Notes under the pieces: generated by a model
Database searches by the model: none
What the model was told of the DNA's origin: nothing
Seen by the model: the letters and a program-made list of their open reading frames with translations, nothing else
Translations under genes and position numbers: made by a program
Part shown: positions 12,553 to 25,100 of the stretch, piece by piece
Layout: each line of letters opens with the position of its first letter
How positions within the stretch are numbered: the stretch's first letter is position 1
DNA from: Thalia democratica
Lineage: Eukaryota
Direction: 5' to 3'
DNA: 64,000 nt
NCBI GenBank assembly: GCA_965202585.1
Contig: OZ241829.1
Span: 15,314,001 to 15,378,000, forward strand

Positions 12553-13396
12553 AAATGGCTTCTAAATGAAAACTTGAAGTATAAGCTATATATCAGTTTT
12601 CATATGACATTAAAATTTTATTTTTAGAATATTTATTTTAGTAAAAAAATTCACATACAAACATATAAACCACTATTTTTTCATTGCAAATTTTCCTATA
12701 AACTTTAAAACTCACTCAAAATCTAACTTGTTTATTATTTTCTGATCTTAAGTCTCAAAATTTCAGGAACTTTTAGAAAAGTATGTTAAAATAAATGTTA
12801 AAAAACAAATTTCCAGTAAAATGATTAAAAAAAAACACCATTTAAAAAAATTTAAAAATTAATTGCCTAAAAGTTGTAAAGGATAATTTTTCAGTTAAAT
12901 AGTCCTTTTACCCTGAGATTTCAAAAAAAATTGAAACTAGCTTAAGCAGTCTGTGTATATGAATCTGCTGCTAAAAATAAAGGTTGAGAAAATATCTAAG
13001 AGCATAAATGATTTAAATTAGAAAAAATATATATAAAAATAAACATAATGATGATGCTATAACTTTACTAATTTTGTTTTTTAGTCAAAACTGGTCATGT
13101 TATCACTTATAAATTTTTATCTTTTTCAGTGAAAAAACATTAAAAATCACTCTCCCCTCTTCAATTGATAAACATTATTAATAGCTCAAATAAATTTGAA
13201 AACTTTACATAATATATTAAAGCAGTCTTAGCTGCTAGGCAAAACTGTTTACCTAATAAAAGAAATCAACAAAATTTTAATTTATTATGGTATATCATAG
13301 TTTGTTTTATCCACACATTCAAAAAGACTTCTTATTGAATGCTAGCTAGAATGCAGTTTTTATTATCATCTATAATTTTGGCAAATCTACTACATG

Positions 13397-13741
13397 AAGG
13401 GTTACAACTGGTTTTTGAGAAAATTCTTCCAGGTTTTAAAAAAACAAGTTTTTTTGGTCTCTTTTAGGAAAAAGTTAACTTAAAGTTAAAAAAAAACTGT
13501 CTAAAGTAGTACAACAACACTATAATGATACTTTATAGCTACTTCTTTAGGTTTGTTTTTTAATGAAAAGAAAAATATCTTGATAGATTTTTTTTTTTGT
13601 CTAAATAATTTTTTTTTTTTTTAATTTAAAAATATTTGAAAACTAAAAAATTTATAGTGATTTTTGTTCAAAACTCTATACATTTTCAAAGTTATTCAAA
13701 TTCTAGGTTTTACCAGAATTCCAGGTTTTTTGGCAACCTTG
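13397..13741. mobile_element. hAT-like MITE, copy 3
   Basis: AAGGGTTACAACTGGTTTTTGAGAAAATTCTTCCAGG left end, CCAGGTTTTTTGGCAACCTTG right end. Confidence 0.5.
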
Positions 13742-14315
13742 ATAACACCTACTCAGGAAATAAGATAGTTTAGATTTTTTAAGTACACATTTTATAAATA
13801 TTAAAAATATTATTTTATAACCAGTATATAAAATTAATGTTTTGTTAATCAACAATCATAAATTCAAAAGGGAGTGATACAAAAGAGAGCTTAGTGTAAA
13901 CAAATATTGCAAAACACACTACAAACTATTTGAAAAAACTTAATTTAAAACATTATCATACATTTTTTTAATCTATAACAGAAATTAAATTAAATATTTT
14001 ATCACTTTTAAAGAAATTTTTGGACATTAGACCGAAACTTTTAACCAATAAATCCTGAAATAGTCTGGACCAATTCTTTTACTAGGTCTTCCAGTTATAG
14101 ATTTTTTTTAACTTGTAAGGTGTGAAAAAATTTACACAAAATAAGAATTTAAGTACATTTAGTGTGTCAATATTAAGTCCAGTCGAAGTACTCAGTATCA
14201 ACTTGAAACTTTTAAATTTAAATACATTATTTTATTTTAGAAGACCATTATTTGTTTAAATTGGTTTATTGTACAGGGTTGCCAATGGTTTTTAAGAATT
14301 TTTTTCTAGGTTTTG

Positions 14316-14839
14316 GAGACTATAGTAGGTTTCTTATGGGAGGCGCAAACTAAAAGGAGAAAGATAGACTATTTAACTAAAAGTTTATCTCCTACATTTT
14401 TAGAGATAATTACCTCAAATTTTCAGAAAGTGTTCCTTGCAAAATTTGGGAAATTCTATCAGAACAAAATTTAAAAAAATTAAAAATTAAAATTATTTGA
14501 ACAAAAAATGAAGTTTTTCTTCATTATTTCTTTTATAAAAATTTTAATTTTTTCAAAATTTGATCAGACAAAATTTTAGAAATATAGCAAGGAACAGTTC
14601 CTGAAAATTTGAGGTCATTATCTCTAAAAATGTAGGAGGAGATAAATTTTTAATTAAATAGTCTATCTTTCCTCTTTTAGTTTGCGCTTCCCATAAGGAA
14701 CGTATTGTAGTCTCAGACTTTGACAAGCTATATCTAAAAAATTATTTTTAATTTTAACATATGTAAAAAGCAACTTGTAGCTTTGTTCAAACTCAAGAAA
14801 ATAAAATCAAATTGTAAAAAAAAATGATTAACCTCTTAA
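14316..14839. mobile_element. Long-TIR Kolobok-like element, copy B (left arm truncated)
   Basis: GAGACTATAGTAGGTTTCTTATGGGAGGCGCAAACTAAAAGGAGAAAGATAGACTATTT and its reverse complement ending at 14714; right end ...TAACCTCTTAA; fused to a hAT-like left end at 14274. Confidence 0.7.
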
Positions 14840-14844
14840 TTTTA

Positions 14845-15290
14845 ACAAGTTAATTTTTTTTTATAGAACTTTATCTTGAGCTATCAGGAATTTTTAACAG
14901 CTTGAAAAAATTCAAAGAAACTTTTTGAGATAAAAGCAATCAAAGTTGGTGACCTCAATAGATTCCTATAGGAAGGCGCAAAACAAAAACGCAAAAAAAA
15001 GACTTCTTCATTTTTTAACAAATCTTCTTTAAACTTTCATAGAAAGTCTATAATTAAATTTTAAAAAGATTGAATGCAGGATTTATTTTAATTTCCAAAA
15101 ATAAAATGTTTATTAAAAAACAATAATAACCTACTTTTCTGTTTTTTTTTTTAATCTTAAGTTTTTATTTTTTAATATTTTTTAAAATTGCAACATTCAA
15201 AATCTTTTAAACTATAGATGGAAGTTTCCTGAAAGTTTGAGGTCTTTAGCTCAAAAAATGAAGAAGATATATTTAAAGTGATTTTAAAAT
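14845..15290. mobile_element. Partial copy C of the same long-TIR family
   Basis: CAAAGTTGGTGACCTCAATAGATTCCTATAGGAAGGCGCAAAAC and CCTGAAAGTTTGAGGTCTTTAGCTCAAAAAATG match copies A and B. Confidence 0.5.
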
Positions 15291-15390
15291 TTCCAAGAAA
15301 ATTGACCCCAAAAATTTACAGTATATATGTTTATATTAGAAATCTTTTACAAAAATTACAATATCTCAAAAGTTAAATAAGATTTATTAA

Positions 15391-16132
15391 GGCCATAGGG
15401 GGGTCCAAAACTTTTTTTAGGAAAATTAACTTCGACTTTTTTATGAAAGCTTTAAGTATAAACTACAAGCCGGTTTTTATAGAGTTCAAAAATATCATTT
15501 AACTTTTGAGATATTGTATTTTTTGTAAAAATTTTCCAACACAAACATACGGACAGCAAATTTTTCATAGTCAATTTTCTCATAAATTTTAAAAACCACT
15601 AAAAATCTATCTCCTTCATTTTTCAAGCAATCTTCTTCAGATTTTTGGCAAATATTCTTTATATTAAAAGAAATATACATTTGTTTTGAATTTTATTAAT
15701 TTAAAAAAATAAAAATTTTTACTTAAAATTTTTTGAAGTCTTAAGTAACATTTTTTTGTTATTTTATAAAGGTTTTACTTTTAAAGTTTGAAGAAGATTG
15801 CTTGAATAAGGTAGGAAGATATAGATTTTAAATAAAATAATCTTTTTCAGCTGTTTTAGTTTTCCCTTTTCATAGGGATTACCTATTATGAGGCCCAACT
15901 TTGACTGGTCATATTTCAATAAATAATTTGCATATTTTTAAAATGATAAAAAGCATCTTGACGCTTGGGAAAAACTCTATAAAAGAAGATCAACTTGTAA
16001 AAAATAAGGCTTTCCCCATGGCCTTAATTCTATAAAAAACTGGCTTGTAGTTTGTACTTAAAGTTTTCAAATATTATAAGAGCCAATGTTATTTTTAGTA
16101 AAAAAAAAATAAATGTTGGACTCTCTATGCCC
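15391..16132. mobile_element. Kolobok-like non-autonomous element with TTAA target-site duplication
   Basis: TTAA|GGCCATAGGGGGGTCC... and ...GGACTCTCTATGCCC|TTAA, with about 100-bp TIRs (ACTACAAGCCGGTTTTTATAGAG vs CTATAAAAAACTGGCTTGTAGT). An internal second end TTCCCCATGGCCTTAA sits at 16012-16026. TTAA TSD with GG...CC termini is the established Kolobok pattern. Confidence 0.65.
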
Positions 16133-19100
16133 TTAAATAAATAACTAATTAAACTAAGTTATATTAAATGGAAGAGCTATTCTAGTTTAACTGAAATTTC
16201 AAACAAGAAAACTTAATATACCTTAATTAATGAACAAAATAAAAACTGGCCTTAATTTGCCAAAATTTAAATTTAGCCTGAAATTTTGCAGTAACTTTAC
16301 ACTGGTCTGACAGGCCACAAAGTGTGTGGAAACTCTTTGAAGCAAAAAATCCAGCTAAGGTGATCAAAAACAAACAAGAGTAACATCAAACTATCCTTTT
16401 TTTTCTTTTCAGAATTAGTTATCTCCCTCTTGAGCATGCACTTTGAACACAGTCCATATGTGCATTACTTAATGAAAATAACAACTGTTAATCAAGCATG
16501 AACATTTATAAATACCATAACAATAACAACCAGGGAACTTTCAAAGGTTTCAAGGTTCTAAAAACCATTCTCAGATTTTAGATAAACAATCTATCTAGTT
16601 TTTTATTATATTTATGTGTGGGCTATGGGTTTCAATTTTGTAGTGTTAAATTGAAGTTTATAAAGGGCCATCAGTCCACTTTTAAAAGTGGTCACAAGTT
16701 GTACTAAAAGTTTAACAAGCCTAAGTTTTTGAAAATAATTTTGAAATTTTTCAAAAGTTAAGTGTTAAATTCAATAATTATATTAAATAACCATTAGGAG
16801 TTGCTTGAATTAGTTTAAAACTTTAATCAAACTTGTCACAATAGGTTTAAGAGTACAAGATTATTCTTTTGCTTTTTTTTCTATTCCTGCAAAAATTAAA
16901 AACCATGGGTAATAACTACTGTATATAATAAATGAAATGCAGATTTAATTTTTTTATCATATCTTCATCTATATCATCTGTTATTTAGCATTTATAACCC
17001 AAAGAAAGTACAAGAGCCTACAATAGTTTTATGCATCTAACATAGCTTTTTGAGCAACATAAAAGTTGCAGCCAACTTTTGAAATTTGGTCAGATTCCTA
17101 AATGTTTCAATTCAAATACAAATTAAGTAGGGCGAATTCTCTTAAGTTTTTTGTTCTAGAAACATCTATTTCATAAATGATGTTTGTAAAGTATTTGTTG
17201 AATATTATTTTTATTAAAAATAAATTTATATACATATATAAAACAAAATCTCTTATTTTTACTAAAGATTTCTAAAAGTTCAGACGATTATTTGTTTATT
17301 TATTTGCTCTTGCCATCTCCTCAAGTTGTACGTATATGCAATATATAATTATTAAAAAAAAAAAAATTCACGAATAAATTCAAGCAAGTTATTATTACCT
17401 TCTAAAAAACAGAAAATGCGTGTATTGCGTGCAATAAGAAACAAGTATCTAAATAGTTTTGTACGGTTGTGAAGTTTTATAGATAAATACAGATAAATAA
17501 CACTGTTATTGTATATTAAAAAAGATATAAATATAAAACGCAGAACTTAAAAATACTATTTTAGTAAAAATTTGGTCTGGGTAGTTTATCAATTGTTATC
17601 ATAAAACATTTTTAATGAAAAAAAAAACATATTAGTTTTATTTGTCTCGTATTTTAGTGAGTGCAAACTGCAAACTATTTAGTATTGTACTCTGCAATAA
17701 TTTAACCTATAAAAAAGAATATTTCAACTATCTTTGATGCTATAACGGACAATGAGCAGAAAATTTTATATTTGTATCTGCATACACAAAATGTATATAA
17801 AATGTTTTAAAATTTCAAAAAAAATATTACTATTTGACTTTTAAGTTTTTATACATCTTTAAATTTATACACACAGTAAAACACTTTTTTTTATTAAAAA
17901 AGTAGTATCAATAGAATAATCAAGGTTTCTTAACTTAATGCATATAACTTACTATTAAACCGTAGGGTTTTTCTCAGTTATTAGGAATAAACTTTCAAAA
18001 ACTCAAAACTAAACTTATTGAAAAATGTTTGTACAATTTACTAAATCCGAAAAAACATAACTAAATACCGTTTTTTGTAATATATAAAACCATTAAAACA
18101 TACGTGAAATTTTTATTTTTATTTTTTGAAACGTTCTTAAGTACTTGAAAAATCTTCGCCACTCAAAAACTAATATTTTGAAAGAGGACCATGAATTTTA
18201 ATAATTATTATTATTAAATATTTTGATATTAATAATAACCAGTTTTAATGTTTTGACTGGGTTTTTAGAGTTTCTAGTATAAAAATCAACTTTACTTTGT
18301 TAGTTAAGTTAGGCAGCTTGTTTATGCACCACTGATTCAAATATAGAACTAAGTTTATGTTTATTAAATCTATTAATTAACCCTAAAGTGTTATTCAGTA
18401 TTAATATGTTACCTTAGATAAAAATACTTGTAAAATGACCTTATTAAACATTGTTTACGCCTAAATAAAGTTTTACGTACAAATCAAAAGTTATTTAAAT
18501 CTTTAAGTATAGTTTAAGTAGTGGCAAAAAATATATTAGTTTAAATGCTTTACTTAACATCTATTACAATAAATATAACAAAGCTCTTTTTTTTAATGAC
18601 ACTTAATAGTTATAACAGAATTTTAAAAAATTAAGCTTATGCAGTTGTGTAAAAAGTCTTATTATTTTAAACTATTTTATTTGATGTATTAGATTTCAAC
18701 ATATCTTAAAAAAAATTTTTGAGTATAAGCTTTTAATTTGATATATATTTGTATAAATAGAAAAAAAATAGGAGATTAATTGACCGGTAGTTTATAAGAT
18801 AAAACTTGTATTTTTTGTTTTAACTTTGATTTGTTTACATTGTTGCTAAATAAAACATACACGTTAAAATTCTGTATTTTATTTTTGCTCGAGGTTAAAT
18901 GATTATACTATGTATGCTGCAAAGCAACAAAAATATCACATAAGAATTAAATAATTTAAAAACAAAATTAGAACATAAACAAAATAGAAAATATTTATAC
19001 AAAAGGAGTAATAAAACTAAATGATAAGCTTGGTTATTAATTATTAGTTGTAAAACAAAAAGAAAGTATATATAACGATATTAAAAAAAAAAGTCAAAAA

Positions 19101-19178
19101 TATAAATAAAAATTTTCACTTTGTATTTTATGCTCTAATATAAGTCAAAAGTGTTTAGATAACTTACAACAAGAAATT

Positions 19179-22100
19179 TCAGAGACATATTTCCTTGCAC
19201 TTTTCTTCAACTTCATATCTGCCGAGACACTTATTCAGCCCATCCCGAGGACTTAAAAATAATATCAGCATTTTAAGTAAATAACTATTTATTAAAACAG
19301 TAGCTAAAAATGTTTGTGTTCGAAAAAAATATTGCTAAAGTATACAGAGTTTACTTTTACTGCTATCAACAGCTTTACTTAAAAAGTTTCAAAACATATA
19401 AAATAAGTTAACATTTTTTTGTAGACTAATCAACTTTTACTTTTTCTAACAAAACGGCCTGTTTCTAATTGAATCTGTAATTACTAAAAAAACTGTTTTA
19501 AATATTTCATAATACTAATCAATAACGACGATTAATTTGAAAAAACTTGAGTAAGCATTGCTACCAGCTTTAATGACATTTAAAGTTATTAGTTTTTACC
19601 TGAACATTGAAATACTGAACAATTAAACTGTTTACTTTTCCCTGCAGGCGTGCACGTAAGTCTGGTATGTCAGCACGCATTTGAACTGGCACGGGTAGTC
19701 CCTTGTGACGTCAAAATCGAAATACTCGCTCCACGGGGGCTGTTTAATTTCCTTTTCGGTCGTCTCGTCGGTGCATACGTTGTCGATACAAATCTTCAAA
19801 ACAAATTAGACTAATTTATAAAAGTAAGTACTATAATGTTTAACTTAGTATTAAAATTTTGAACGCGAAATATTCTTTAATATCAAGTTAAATAAGCTCT
19901 TTACAAATTCAGTAAATCGAATAGCCTTTTTTAGTTAAGACAAATAACTATACTAAAATATTCAAAACAAAATAAATATTCAAAAAATAATTCATACGGT
20001 ACTTGAATCGCTTAAAAAGTTGTGATTTTTAATATTAAACTTAATTTATTATCATCATTATTATTTTTGTAATGTAAAAATATATTTTCAAACAACTTAC
20101 GCCGTTTTGGGCGCACTTGGTCCCTTGTAACGGGTCGAACACGTAGTGGTCGTCCGTAATTTCCTTCCGATGACGCCTTCGCAACGCTCGTCGTGACGGT
20201 GTTTTCCGGAAAGAAAAAGGGTACCGGTACAGTTCCACGCCCCTCTTGTAAAATTCAAACTCACTCGACTTTGGAATGCACACCGCTTGCTCGCATGTTA
20301 TTTTCTGTTGTGAGCTTGTAAATTGTGTTTTGTAGAACAAATATTTATTTTTAGTCTAATTGTTGAGTTTAACAAGTAATCAGTTGCTAAAAGTGAAAGC
20401 TTTACAATTTAGTTAATAACATTTGTTAAGGTTCTTTTTTATACCAAAATTTTAGAGGTCTTTTCGTTTGTAGTTTGATTAACAGTATTACTTTTTTTTG
20501 TACAATAAACGTGGTTTTTCAATATAAAACAACATAAAAGTTTTATCAGGCAAGCTAATACGTGCATCGAAAATACAGCTTAAAAGCAGTTGGAATCAGC
20601 TTGAGTCAATAGTTTCATTTCATTAAAAAAAAATACTTGTCACCTTTTTGTAATACACGTAGTCCGGAGACACTAGCTTGCACTGGGCGTCCAGGCTGAT
20701 TCTCGACCCGGGGTACTTGTAGGGCGGAACTGGGGTTAGAAATGCGATCCTGTCTCTCGCCAACAACCGGCCGTTGGTGAAGTACTTGCTGTGGAAAAAT
20801 AACGGCTGTAAGTTATAAGCGATGTGGAAAACGGTTTAAAGTTTTTTATGTGTTGGCAAATAATTTTCATAGTGTAATAACTTTGTCGAAAGTATAAAAA
20901 CTAAAAGTTTTAAGGGCTTGATTAAAATTGAAAGTATTTTTTGTCTGTTGTCAAAAAATCTATAATGTTTAAATAGTTTGGTCAAAAAAATTAAAATTGT
21001 TAGTTGTAAGGGCTGTAATAAATATTAAATCAAAATAATTTTCTTTCAGGTACAAAATTATAATCAGTACTGGTGAAGTATTTCCTATCAAAAAATTATG
21101 AGAAATGAAATATCAAAAATACAAAGTTTTATTTAAATTTGAAATAGCGAACTTAAATAGATGGACTGTTTGCTTTGTTAATTAAAAAAATGTTTAGATT
21201 TCTGTTCATCAGAAAGCATTTTGTTAATTTTTATAAACCACAGTCGCTTATTTTTTGGAATTCACTGGTTTAGTTGATTGTAAGCAAAATTTTTTGTATG
21301 TTGTACAATAAGTGAATATCTAAAATACAAACCATGAAAGCTATTAAAAAGTGTAGAACATTTTTTGATTAATTTATTCAATTCATTATTGTACTTGTCA
21401 CCATAATCATATAAGGTGATAAATTATAATGCTACTAAGCATACTAGCTTCTATTTGTACAAATTTTATTCTTACAGTAGCCTGACATAAACATTCCATG
21501 TCAAAAAAATCTGTTACAACTAGATTTTTTGTTTAATTACCTAGTTATATTCTAAAACATAACTCACAGAAGAAAGTAGTCAAATATGACTCGCTTGCAG
21601 TTTTACCTTAGTACTTTTAAGATGTTACGAAACAGATTAGTTTAATATATCTTATTATTTTATTATCAAGAGCTTATGTTAAAACAAAACTGAACTTACT
21701 AAATAAAATAGTTAAACTTGAATAAAAAACTTGTAAAATAAATCGTTATAAAAGCAAACGAACTGTAAATAAACAAATTACAAATACACTATTTTTTTAT
21801 AAAATTGTAAAAGTAATAAACAAATTATAAAATTTAAAATTTAATAATAAAAACTAAACTCACTGAAGAAAGTAGTCGAACATGAGTCTGTTGCAATCTG
21901 ACCAGCCTGTAATTTACTTTATATGTTAATACAAAAATATATATATATATATATATGCAAGGATTATTCCTTAAGGCACAACAGGTCTCGACAATTTTGG
22001 TTTTGGAGACAAAGTTAATTTTTAAATTTATTTATTTACAAAGGCAACAATGTTTCTCCCCTAAGGGATCTTCAGGCCTGCAAATTTATTTTATTTTATT

Positions 22101-25100
22101 TTTATTTATTTTTTTGCAGGCCTGAAGACCCCTTATAGGAGAAACATTGTTACCTTTGTAAATAAATATAAAAATTAACAGAAATATATATTTAAAAACA
22201 CATCAATGTAAACCAACCGATGTTTTTCAGGATTCCCTCCTTGGGAATGTAGTCCATGATGTAGTGGGTGGTCGCGTTGGTTTGCTTGGGTATCCTGCAC
22301 TCTTCGAAAGTGTGTCTCAGCCCGATCCTGTTGAAAAGAGTGTACGTTGAAAAACAGAAGTTATCGATTCTCATAAATGTATACATCTCTTACAAGTATA
22401 TTTTCGTTATTGTTTATTGAACGATAAAAGAAGCGCTCAAAAAGTTTGGTCTAAGGACCTGTGGTGTACAAAGGAACCTTTCGGCTATCGAGTCGTACAC
22501 CAAATTGCACAATCATAGATGTAGTGCAGTTATTACAAACTGTGAGTATCAGTTGAAAGTTTTATTTTAAAGTGTTAATGATTTTCAAACACTATCAATT
22601 TCTTTTTCAATTCGCTGTTTTAAAAAACCCAAAAGGGAGAAATATTTTTGTTGTCAAAATAAATGTTCAGTACAGTTTATCTTGAGTACTATTGCGTCTT
22701 AATAAAGAAGGACGTACCTTCAAACAAAAGATTTATGTAATTAAGAATCTAATGCTGTCATTTCAAACTATAAGCTTTAGTTGGAAACTTTATATTCAGA
22801 GGTTTTTCTAATTTTATGTCATTCAAGTTTAAGGTCTTGTAGTCACTTGTAGTCAAAAACAAAAAAACACTTATGACAAATAGCTTTTTTGTCTAGCTAG
22901 CTGTCTAATTTGCAAGAGCGTACGAAATTGCACGAGGGGACAAAATTTCACGGCTGCACAAAATTGCACGAATATACTTTGCATGAAGCGTAACTTTTGC
23001 ACAAAGACACTTTTGCACGGAGACATTTTTGCACGATTTTATTTTTTTTTTTCAGTACTCTTTAAACTTTTTTTTTTAATCAATTTTACCCCTAACCCTT
23101 ACCCTCGGTCGGTAAGTTATTATAATTTGTTTCTAATTTTTTTTAATATCACTGTTACCCCTAACCCTTACCCTCGGTGGGTAGCTTAATTGTTTTTTTC
23201 TACTTATATTATTTATCAGTTATTCTTTTGTTTTTGTTTTTTCTATCACTGTTACCCCTAACCCTTACCCTCGGTTAGAAACTTTTTTTTTATTAGATTT
23301 TTATAGTTTTTTTTCTGCTTTTTTTTTTGTATTTTTTTACTCTTGTAGAAAAATGTTACTCGTGCAAAATTGACCTTTGGTGCAAAACTGTCTTCGTGCA
23401 ATTTGGGAGCTTTGTGCCCTTGTGCAAATTTGGCTTCGTGCAATTTTGTTCTCGTGCAATTTAGTAACCTCGTGCAATTTAGACCCGTTCCCATTGTATC
23501 CTGCTGCAACATTGAAAGCAAAACCCTACATGTTTTGAAATTTACATGTAGCAAATAAAAATGTAGTCTCATTAAATATGATAACAATATGTTCGTTTCA
23601 TTTACCGAAGTTCAAGCGACTTCAACTATTACGTATTAAAACTGTTTGTTGAACTTACAAGTGCCCTATTTCGTGAGCTGTGATATCGGCGGTTATGGCG
23701 TACTTGCTCCAATTCTCGCCAACCCCGACCACAGCACTGGCTTTCGTGTTGCCTATTGACTCGATCATGTCCACCCGTCCTGTTTTATTTTATTTCAAGT
23801 TCAAAAAAACTTTTAATACAAGTACACAGTTGATTATTCAGATTGACACAATATTTATTGTATAAAGTCATCATCATTAAATTTTGAATTATTGTTGTTT
23901 ATTGAATGGTATAAGAAAAACAGTCTAAACACGTGGCCTAAGAATCTGGTGAGGAACCTTTCGGCTATCGAGTTGTGCATTACACGCTTTTACAGTCTTT
24001 TACGAGCTCGTGAAAATTATTTTCTATATTTTGAAGTTTTAAAGCTCAACGAACAAAACAAACGATAATAAGAAAAATAGAAAATAAAATAAATGAGTAC
24101 CTCCCCCGAGGACGGCGTCAGAAAAGTAGATAACCGCGTCCGCTTTCCTGTAATCACCGAACAGATTGTTTCGGGACAGGAAGTTAGGCAAACCGATTTC
24201 CGACTGATGGTTCAAAAGAAGCTCCTGGTAGCCCATGCTGCTCACTTCATAAGGTGAAAAATAACCTTGCAAGTTCAGATCCTTCCTCATTGTACTGCTA
24301 CCGGGCACAAGTGAATCAGACTGTTGTTTTTTTTTTAATTCAAAAAACGTACGACTTTTTATAAAAACAAAGTAAACTTATGCTGGTTGATATACAATTT
24401 TTTGTTAAAAATTTTAAATAGAACAATCTCCAGGGCAAAAGTTTAACACACTGTTTTTTTTTCTAAGTTTCACTAGTTCAAGTACATTTAATACTTGTAT
24501 TTATTAATTTACGCATTACCAGCAATAATTATACAATACTTTTTTAGGTTTCTTGATAATTATAACTGAGTGATAAAAGCCTCAACATAGCTTATCGATT
24601 TTAAATTTTTCATTTACTATATAAACGTTTAACCTCAGACTTGGTTAGATATTTGATACTTTGCAACTCTATTTCAAAAGGCCGGTTGAACTTGGTGTAG
24701 TAGTGGGCAACCTGTAATGCAATAGTTGTTAGTTTCGCAAACAAAATAATGTGAAATCTAGTGAACTGTTATTACTAATTACTAACGAATAGTATCTCTT
24801 TTTATCATTAGAAATTAAAAAAACTTTGCAAAGCTTTTGTTTAAAGCTACAGTAGATTTGTTTTGCCTCTTAATTAAAAAGTTATTGTATTTATAAAATT
24901 CCAGTTGTCTGTGAAGTTTTGAAGATAATTTTATTGTTATATGTTTGTATGTATTTGAATAGAATAAAATGAAACACTAACTTAACAAGTTTTTAATTTG
25001 TACGCTGAGCCAACTTAGAAAACTTTAAAAAGTTACATGTAAAAACCATCAACTAAAACTGTATTTTATTTATTTAATATTTTGATGCTTCTACTTTGCA

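Noticed and set aside
22912-23492. Regularly spaced repeats as a CRISPR-like array or interstitial telomere
   Set aside because: The repeats are 7-8 bp motifs in inverted arms with related spacers, and the TTAGGG-like units are isolated; a eukaryotic foldback transposon explains them.
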